DNA of 64,000 nt from an uncultured Candidatus Rokubacteria bacterium (GTDB taxonomy: Bacteria > Methylomirabilota > Methylomirabilia > Rokubacteriales > CSP1-6), in NCBI GenBank assembly GCA_963762145.1, contig CAVXJS010000014.1, forward strand, positions 544,001-608,000, written 5' to 3'. Under the pieces are notes generated by a model, which saw only the letters and a list, made by a program, of their open reading frames with translations, searched no databases and had not been told where the DNA came from. Position 1 is the first letter of the stretch, and every line of letters starts with the position of its first letter. The translations under genes were made by a program, and so were the position numbers. Below are positions 57,234 through 64,000 of this stretch, one piece after another.

Positions 57234-58277
57234 ATGCGCTACCGTCCATTCGGCCGCACCGGGTTGAAGGTCTCCGTGGTGGGCTTCGGCTGCTGGCCGA
57301 TGGCCGGCGATCGCTACGGCGCGATCGAGGACGGGGAGGCGGTGAAGGCCATCCACCGCGCGCTCGACCGCGGGGTGAACTGCGTGGACACCGCGCCCGC
57401 CTACGGCGCCGGGCATTCGGAGGAAGTCGTCGCCCGCGCCCTGGAGAAGCACCGCAAGGACGTCATCCTCGTCACCAAGTGCGGCGTGAAGGTGCCGCCC
57501 GCCGGGCAGCCGGGGCCGCTGCGGGATTCGAGCCGGGCCAACATCTTCCGCGAGGTCGACGAGAGCCTGAAGCGGCTGCGCACCGACTGGGTGGACGTCC
57601 TGCTGGTGCACTGGCCGGACCCATCCACTCCGTTCGAGGAGAGCATGCGCGCGCTCGAGGAGGTGGTCGCCTCCGGCCGCGCCCGCTTCGTGGGCGTCTC
57701 CAACTTCACCGGCGCCATGCTCGGCGAGTGCATGCGCACCCGGCGCGTGGACGTCTCCCAGGTGGGCTATCACATGCTCGACCGGCGCCAGGAGCAGGAG
57801 ACGTTCCCGTACTGCGTGGAGCACGGCATCGGGGTGATGGGCTACGGCTCGCTCGGCCACGGCCTGCTCACCGGCGCGTTCACCGCGACCACCACGTTCG
57901 AGGCCGGGCGCGACTGGCGCGCGGGCGGCGTGGCGTTCGGGCAGCCGATCTTCCGCGGCGACAATCTCAAGACCAACGTCGGGGTGGTGGAGCGGCTGCG
58001 CCGCGAGGTGGCCGAGCCACGCGGGGTGCCGCTGAGCCAGATCGCGCTCGCGTGGGTGCTGGCGAATCCCGCGATCAGCACCGCGCTCGTGGGGGCCCGC
58101 ACTCCGGCCGAGGTGGACGCCAACGACGCGGGCGCGGAGCTGGAGCTGACGGCGGCGGAGCGGGCGACGATCGACGGGATCCTGGGCGGCGTGGCGGGCC
58201 GCGTGCGGGAGTTCACTCCGCTGCGGCCCGCCATGGAGCCCTGGGGCGAGGAGCTCCCGGCCGGGCAGTCCGTCTGA
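57234..58277 (+). CDS. Aldo/keto reductase
   Basis: GRTGLKVS..GFG.W, DTA.AYG.GHSE, TK, SL.RL.TD, HWPD, GVSN. Confidence 0.93.
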   Translation: MRYRPFGRTGLKVSVVGFGCWPMAGDRYGAIEDGEAVKAIHRALDRGVNCVDTAPAYGAGHSEEVVARALEKHRKDVILVTKCGVKVPPAGQPGPLRDSSRANIFREVDESLKRLRTDWVDVLLVHWPDPSTPFEESMRALEEVVASGRARFVGVSNFTGAMLGECMRTRRVDVSQVGYHMLDRRQEQETFPYCVEHGIGVMGYGSLGHGLLTGAFTATTTFEAGRDWRAGGVAFGQPIFRGDNLKTNVGVVERLRREVAEPRGVPLSQIALAWVLANPAISTALVGARTPAEVDANDAGAELELTAAERATIDGILGGVAGRVREFTPLRPAMEPWGEELPAGQSV

Positions 58278-58311
58278 GGAGCTCCGGAGCCGAGCCACCG
58301 GCCTGCCCGGC

Positions 58312-59925
58312 ATGACCACCCCCGCACCCGATCTCCCGCCGATCTCGGCCGGTCGGAAGTGGGCCATCACCCTCACGGTGATGGTGGTGGCCTTCATGCA
58401 GATCCTGGACACGAGCGTGACCAACGTCGTGCTCCCGCATCTTCAAGGATCGCTGTCGGCGGGGCTCGACGAGGTCTCGTGGGTGATCACCTCGTATCTG
58501 GCCGCCAACGCGGTGGTCATCCCGGCCACGGGGTGGCTCGTCAGCGTGTTCGGGCGCAAGCGGTTCTTCCTGATCTGCTGCACCCTGTTCACGATCAGCT
58601 CGTTCATCTCCGGGGCCGCGCCCGACCTGCCCACGCTGATCGCGGCCCGGATCTTCCAGGGGCTCGGCGGCGGGCCGATCATCCCGCTCTCGCAGGCCAT
58701 TCTCTGGGAGATCTTCCCCTTCCATCAGCGCGGGATGGCGATGGCGGTGTGGGGGGTCGGCTTCATCCTCGGCCCGATCCTGGGGCCGACCGTCGGCGGG
58801 TATCTGGCCGACGAGTGGTCGTGGCGCTGGATCTTCTACATCAACCTGCCGGTCGGCATCGTCGGCTTCTTCCTGGCCACCGCCTGCCTGTTCGACTCGC
58901 CGTTTCAAAAGAAGCGCGGGCGGATCGACGCGTGGGGCCTGGGGCTGATGGTCGTGGGCTTCGGGTGCCTCCAGCTCGTCCTGGATCGAGGGGAGCGTGA
59001 GGAGTGGTTCGACTCGACGGCGATCCTCGCGATGGCGGTCGTCGCGGTCTGCGCGCTGGCGGGCTTCCTGATTCGAGAGCTGAGGGCCGATGACCCCATC
59101 CTGGACCTGACCGTCTTCACCGACCGCAACTTCGCCATGGGCGCGACGCTGATCTCGGTCATCGGCTTCGGCATGTTCTCGAGCATGCTGCTGGTCGCGG
59201 TCTTCACCCAGAAGCTCCTGAACTACGACGCGTGGACGGCGGGCCTGGTGCTGGCCCCGAGCGGGGTCGGCAACATCCTCTCGCTCTTCGCCTCCGGCAT
59301 CGTCACGCGGGTCGATCAGCGGATGATGCTGGCCTTCGGGTGTCTCCTGAACGCGGTCAGCCTCTACATGATGACGTCGCTCACGCTCGGGATGGACTAC
59401 TGGGCGCTCGCGCTCCCGCGCCTCGTCCAGGGCATCGCGGTCGGCTTCATCTTCGTCCCGCTCTCGACCCTCGCCCTCGCGACGATCCGGCGCGACAAGC
59501 TGGTCAACGCCACCGCCGCCTACGGGATGATGCGGAACGTGGGGGGCAGCGTGGGCATCGCGCTGATGACCACGCTCCTGGCCCAGCGCAGCCAGTTCCA
59601 CCAGTCCACGCTGGTGAGCCACGTCACGGTGTGGGATCCGGAGACGCGCGCCCGGCTGTCGACCTGGGCGGGCTACTTCGCCACCCAGGGCACCGACACC
59701 TTCACCGCCGAGCGCCGGGCGGTGGCCATGCTGTATCGCGAGACGGTGACGCAGGCGCAGCTGCTGGCTTACACGGACACCTTCTGGATGCTGGCGGTGA
59801 TGTTCGCGGCGGCGCCGCTCCTGCTCCCGCTCATGCGCCGCATCCGGCTCTCACCGCCGCCGGCCGAGGAAAAGCGCGAGGGCGCCGCGGACCCGCCCGC
59901 CCGCGACGCCCCCGATCATCTATAA
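58312..59925 (+). CDS. DHA2 (EmrB/QacA) MFS efflux permease
   Basis: LDTS..NV.LP, WVITSYL.A, GRKR, GP.VGGY....SWRWIFYINLP. Confidence 0.92.
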   Translation: MTTPAPDLPPISAGRKWAITLTVMVVAFMQILDTSVTNVVLPHLQGSLSAGLDEVSWVITSYLAANAVVIPATGWLVSVFGRKRFFLICCTLFTISSFISGAAPDLPTLIAARIFQGLGGGPIIPLSQAILWEIFPFHQRGMAMAVWGVGFILGPILGPTVGGYLADEWSWRWIFYINLPVGIVGFFLATACLFDSPFQKKRGRIDAWGLGLMVVGFGCLQLVLDRGEREEWFDSTAILAMAVVAVCALAGFLIRELRADDPILDLTVFTDRNFAMGATLISVIGFGMFSSMLLVAVFTQKLLNYDAWTAGLVLAPSGVGNILSLFASGIVTRVDQRMMLAFGCLLNAVSLYMMTSLTLGMDYWALALPRLVQGIAVGFIFVPLSTLALATIRRDKLVNATAAYGMMRNVGGSVGIALMTTLLAQRSQFHQSTLVSHVTVWDPETRARLSTWAGYFATQGTDTFTAERRAVAMLYRETVTQAQLLAYTDTFWMLAVMFAAAPLLLPLMRRIRLSPPPAEEKREGAADPPARDAPDHL

Positions 59926-59989
59926 CTAGTCAGGTCTGCGGTACTGCTTTTCTTGTATCCGCTCGGCTCGCCTTCGGCTGCACCTCGCC

Positions 59990-61537
59990 CTACTTGATGG
60001 ACATGTCGTAGGCGCGGATCAGCTCGTCGCTGCGCGCCTTCCACTGCAGCCGCTTGTTGGCCCCGTAGAGGTCGATCTGCTGATAGAGCGGGATCGCGGG
60101 GATCTCCTCGATCCACAGCTTGTTGATCCGGTGGTACTGCGGCGAGGCGCTTCTTCTCGTCCATCTCCGACTGCGCCTGGTCCACCATCCCGTTGAAGTC
60201 CTCGTTGTGCCAGTTCACGAAGATGTTCGGCGGACTTGAAGAGCGGCACGTAGATGGCCTCGGCGTCCATCGTCGGGTGGCCCCAGCCGATCAGCCAGAC
60301 CGGGCCGGCCTTGTGCACGTACACCATGTTGTTCAGGTAGTTGACGAACTCGAAGGTCCGCAGCGTGGTCTTGATCCCGGCCTTGGTGAGCTGGCCCGAG
60401 ACCGCTTCCGCGACCTCCTTGTCCCGCACGTAGCGGCCCTGCGGGCCGTTCAGGACGATCTCGAGGCCGTTGGGGAAGCCGGCCTCGGCCAGCAGCTTCT
60501 TGCTGCGGGCCAGGTCCTGCTTGACCGGCTTGAGCGAGGCGTCGTAGCCGAAGTGCAGGCTCGGCAGCATGGTCGCCACCCGCACCGCCTTGCCGTCCAT
60601 CACGCCCTTGATGATCTCGTCGGCGTCGATGGCGGCGGACAGCGCCTGGCGGACGCGCTTGTCCGCGGTGGGCCCCGCGTAGGGGCCGGTGGGCTTGTGG
60701 GCCGCGTCCATCTGGTGGGTGTAGATCATGAGCTGGATCGTGCGGATGGAGGGCGCGGTGCTGAGGTAGATCTTCGGGTGCTTCTCGATGATCCCGCCCA
60801 GGTGGGGCGGAATATTCGACCGCCACGTCGATCTCGCCGTTCTGCAGCGCGGCCACCCGCACCGCGTCGTCGGGGATCGGCTTGAAGACGACCGTCTTGA
60901 TCTTCGCCGCGCCGCCCCAGTAGCCCGGGAAGGCCTCCATCACGATCTCTTCGTCCTTGGACCAGCGGACGAACTTGTACGGCCCGGTCCCGATGGGGGC
61001 CCGGGAGATCGCGGCCGCGTCCTTGCCCGCGTACTCCTTGGGCGGGTACATCGCGGCCTGACGCAGGGCGATGTGGCTCAGGAACACCGGCCAGGGCTTC
61101 TTGGTGTGGATCCGCACCGTGTAGGCGTCCACGATCTCCACCCGGTCGATCGGGGCGAACGACGAGGAGCCGCGCAGCTTGTTGGCCGGGTTGGCCAGAC
61201 GCTCGATGCTGAACTTGACCGACTCGGCGGTGAAGTCCTCGCCGTTGTGGAACTTGACGCCGCGCCGCAGCTTGAACTCCCACGTGGTCGGCGCCACCAG
61301 CTTCGGCATCTCGGCCGCGAGCGCGGGGACCAGCTTGAGGGCCTGGTCGCGCTCGAGCAGCGACTCGAACATCTGCGCGCCCACGTTCGACGCGGGCTGC
61401 TCCTGCTGGTTCATCATGTCGAGCGTGGTGGGGTCCACGCCCTGCGCGATCACGACCCGGCCCTCGGGGGCCGCTCCCGCAGTCAGAGGGACCAGGACGA
61501 GAGAGAGGACGACAACCGCCGTGCGCCAATGGCCCAT
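59990..61537 (-). CDS. ABC substrate-binding protein family 5; three single-base insertions at about 60817, 60230 and 60140
   Basis: DPTTLD, FHNGE.FTAESVKFS, PIGTGPYKF, DKRVRQA, KKLLAEAGFPNG. The corrected frame ends ...RAYDMSIK-TAG at 59990. AGGAG RBS. Confidence 0.85.
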
Positions 61538-61580
61538 ATTCTCGGCTCCTTGGAGGGGGAGATTCCTGTCGAGTTGCGCT

Positions 61581-61609
61581 ACTCTATGGGCCATCGCCGG
61601 AGGAGTCAA
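61581..61609 (-). promoter_or_regulatory. Putative sigma70 promoter for the SBP gene
   Basis: Minus strand reads TTGACT-N17-TAGAGT. Confidence 0.55.
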
Positions 61610-61613
61610 GTTT

Positions 61614-61640
61614 GGGGTCAGGTCTTGAAATACGACATTT
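61614..61640 (+). repeat. Repeat family B, single arm
   Basis: GGGGTCAGGTCTTGAAATACGACATTT matches the 38749-38775 arm (reverse complement) at 26 of 27 positions. Confidence 0.85.
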
Positions 61641-61655
61641 CGGACGGAGGATTCG

Positions 61656-62501
61656 ATGCCCAAGGTGCTGACGGAAGCCCAGATCCAGGCTTTTGATCGG
61701 GACGGCTGCCTCTCCCCGGTGCGGGTGATGAGCGCCGAGCGCGCCCGCCGCTACCGGGAGCGCTTCGAGGCCCTCGAGGCGCGCGTCCCCGACATCAAGA
61801 AGATGAAGACCAAGTCGCACCTGCTGTGCCCGTGGGTGCTGGAGATCGCTGAGGACCCCCACATCCTGGACATCTTCGAGGATCTGATCGGGCCGAACAT
61901 CCGCTGCTGGAGCATGGCCTGGCGGGTGAAGAAGGCCGACAACCAGACCTTCGCGGGCTGGCACCAGGATTCCGCCTACGGCGCCGCGCTCCCGGTGGTC
62001 CTGGGGGGGCTGGCCCTGTCCGAGTGCGGCGTGCGCCAGGGGTGCCTGCGCGGCATCCCCGGCTCGCACAAGTGGGGCATCCTCAAGCACGACGAGACCG
62101 AGGATCCCCACAGCATCCTCGCCAAGGGGCAGTTCATCATCGACGAGTTCGACGAGTCGAAGGCGGTGGACTTCGCGCTCCAGCCGGGCGAGATGGTGCT
62201 CTTCGACAACAGCCTGGTGCACGGCTCCGGAACGAACGCGGGCCCCGACCGACGCTTCCTCCTCCTGGTCGAGATGTTCCCGACCTGGGCCAAGCCGCCC
62301 CGCCTGCGCCAGGCCGGCATGCTGCTGCGCGGCGTCGACACCACCGGCAACTTCGACGACGAGCCGCGGCCCGACGCCGAGTGGTCCGACACCGCGGTGG
62401 CCAACTGGGCGGCGGTGGTGAACCGGCGCGCCCGGCTGATCTTCGAGGACGGCAAGGTGACGGCGAGCGAGGCCTACGGGGGAACGCGACCCGCGACGTA
62501 G
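61656..62501 (+). CDS. Phytanoyl-CoA dioxygenase (PhyH) family protein
   Basis: WHQD, GCL..IPGSH, L.PGE...F....VHGS..N...RR. GGAGG RBS. Confidence 0.9.
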   Translation: MPKVLTEAQIQAFDRDGCLSPVRVMSAERARRYRERFEALEARVPDIKKMKTKSHLLCPWVLEIAEDPHILDIFEDLIGPNIRCWSMAWRVKKADNQTFAGWHQDSAYGAALPVVLGGLALSECGVRQGCLRGIPGSHKWGILKHDETEDPHSILAKGQFIIDEFDESKAVDFALQPGEMVLFDNSLVHGSGTNAGPDRRFLLLVEMFPTWAKPPRLRQAGMLLRGVDTTGNFDDEPRPDAEWSDTAVANWAAVVNRRARLIFEDGKVTASEAYGGTRPAT

Positions 62502-62509
62502 TGGTCCGC

Positions 62510-62556
62510 GGCTGCTGCCCACGACTACTGCCGACGACTACTGCCCACGACTACTG
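62510..62556. repeat. 13-bp tandem repeat (about 3.6 units) between convergent genes
   Basis: GGCTGCTGCCCAC / GACTACTGCCGAC / GACTACTGCCCAC / GACTACTG. Confidence 0.75.
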
Positions 62557-63548
62557 AAAAATCTGATCGGCCCGCTGGAGCAGCGGCTGGGGAATCGACA
62601 GGTTGACCGCCCGGGCCCCCGTCAGATTGACGATCAGATCGAACTTCGTCGGCTGCTGCACCGGCAGCTGCGCGGGCTTGGCCCCCTTGAGGATCCGGTC
62701 CACGTAGACGCCCACCCGTCGGTACATGTGAACGTAGTCGGGGCCGAACGCGATCGTTGCGCCGTCGGCGGCCGCGGCCGGGAACGGGTAGATCGTGCCG
62801 AGTCCCTGACCGGCCGCGGTCTCGATGATCCGGTGCCGGTGCCGGAAGGTGAAGGGGCTGGGCTGGACGACGATCGCGCCGGCGCCCTCGCTCTTCATGG
62901 CGGCCATGACGTGGTTGATCTCGTCGAGGTCCCCGATCCCCCGGGAGCGAAGCTTCACCCCGAGCGACTGCGCGGCCCGATCGGTGGCCTGGAAGCGGTG
63001 CTGCCGTCCGGCCACAGCGTGTGCCAGAGGTAGTCGACGGGCGCCCGCGGCTTGCCCAGCTCACGGGCGAGCTCCACGTATTTCCCGCGCAGCTCGGCGA
63101 GCATGTCGCTGAATCCGGTGGCGTTGCCGCCCGGATGGGAGAGACTCTTGACCATCCCGATCCCGACCGGATTGCCCACGCTGATGAAGACGATCGGGAC
63201 CGTCTTGGTCTGGCGCAGTGACGCCGCCGACGCGCTCGAGCCGCACGGAATCAAGAGCTTGACGCCGCGCTCGAGGAGGCCGTCCACGACCTGGTAGGTG
63301 TCGGGCTCCCGCGCGATCCAGGCGACCTCGAGCGCGACCTGCCGGTTCTCGACGAGGCCGACGTCGCGCAGCCCCGCCCGGAAGGCCTCGACCAGCGATT
63401 GGTCGTAGGCGCTCGCGGGTGATCCGAGCGGGAGCATCCCGATCCGGACCGGGCTCCCGGCCGGTTGGGCGCTCCCGAGTGTGGGGCCCGAGAGGGCGCC
63501 CACGGCCATCGCGCCCAGCAGCGCGCGGCGGGAGACCGGCACGCTCAC
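62551..63548 (-). CDS. ABC_sub_bind family substrate-binding protein; one base missing at about 63003
   Basis: SRRALL signal, F..GLR.VG.VE, SL.HPGGN.TG, YVDRILKGAKPA.LPVQQPTKF.L.VN, ...RADQI. Confidence 0.85.
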
Positions 63549-63603
63549 GGGATGGCGGGACAGGTCCGCCGCGGCCGCAGTCGCTCGAGACGGCGCCGGC
63601 CGA

Positions 63604-64000
63604 TCACTGCGCCAGCGCCCCGCCGTCGATGAGAACCTCGCTGCCGGTCATGTAGGACGAGTCGTCGGAGGCCAGGTAGAGCACCGCGCTCACGATCTCG
63701 GCCACCGTGCCCATGCGCCCCAGCGGGATGCGCTGGAGCCGGCGCGCCATCGCGTCCTTGTCCTGGAAGGCCTTGTGGAACATGTCGGTGTCCACCGGGC
63801 CCGGGTGCACCGAGTTGCAGCGGATCTTGTCCTTGGCGTGCTGGCTCGCGGTCACCTTGGTGAAGATGCGGACCGCGCCCTTGCTCGCCGCGTAGGCCGG
63901 CTCCTGGTGCAGCGACTGGCCGATGCCCGCCACCGACGAGATGTTCACGATCGACCCGCCGCCCGCCCGGCGCATGGCCGGGATCGCGTGCTTGGTGCCG
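63604..64000 (-). CDS. SDR family oxidoreductase; 5' end outside the window
   Basis: [30 protein letters not shown]....DGG. Confidence 0.92.
   Translation of the reverse strand, partial: GTKHAIPAMRRAGGGSIVNISSVAGIGQSLHQEPAYAASKGAVRIFTKVTASQHAKDKIRCNSVHPGPVDTDMFHKAFQDKDAMARRLQRIPLGRMGTVAEIVSAVLYLASDDSSYMTGSEVLIDGGALAQ

Noticed and set aside
59926-59989. GCTCGGCTCGCCTTCGGCT segment between convergent genes as another repeat or terminator
   Set aside because: Single occurrence in the window with only a weak stem, so it cannot be supported.
1-64000. tRNA (including selC), rRNA, transposase, integrase or prophage genes
   Set aside because: None recognised by eye. The intergenic gaps are short and accounted for. 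A tRNAscan-SE/Infernal run would be needed to exclude small RNAs formally.

Overview
64 kb of very GC-rich (about 70% by eye) bacterial DNA densely packed with catabolic and transport genes. The gene style (many stand-alone ABC substrate-binding proteins, CoA-transferases, Mo-hydroxylases, TauD dioxygenases) resembles Candidatus Rokubacteria/Methylomirabilota, but that is an inference. Contents: a DUF2779 dual-nuclease gene; acetoin/pyruvate-dehydrogenase-like E1alpha, E1beta and E2 genes scattered over 15 kb and interleaved with a Rieske dioxygenase pair and an orphan histidine kinase; two Mo-hydroxylase loci; PqiAB; EmrAB-type efflux; a hydantoin/allantoin utilisation cluster with an ABC importer; an AroA paralog; and an alanine-racemase-fold enzyme. 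No rRNA, tRNA, CRISPR array or transposase was recognised. Main results: (1) an AhpD/CMD-family gene at 38793-39311 with an in-frame TGA forming CxxU plus a SECIS-like hairpin, i.e. a probable selenoprotein missed by the ORF track, in a coxMSL-like / moaD / phosphodiesterase run; (2) two palindromic repeat families that have entered protein-coding sequence (both E2 linkers and the MoaD C-terminal tail); (3) an Alr-fold enzyme with Arg219->Asp and no Tyr265; (4) an AroA paralog with Lys340->Glu; (5) a likely ATA start codon. About nine single-base frameshifts, mostly at wobble positions, look like consensus artefacts rather than real pseudogenes.
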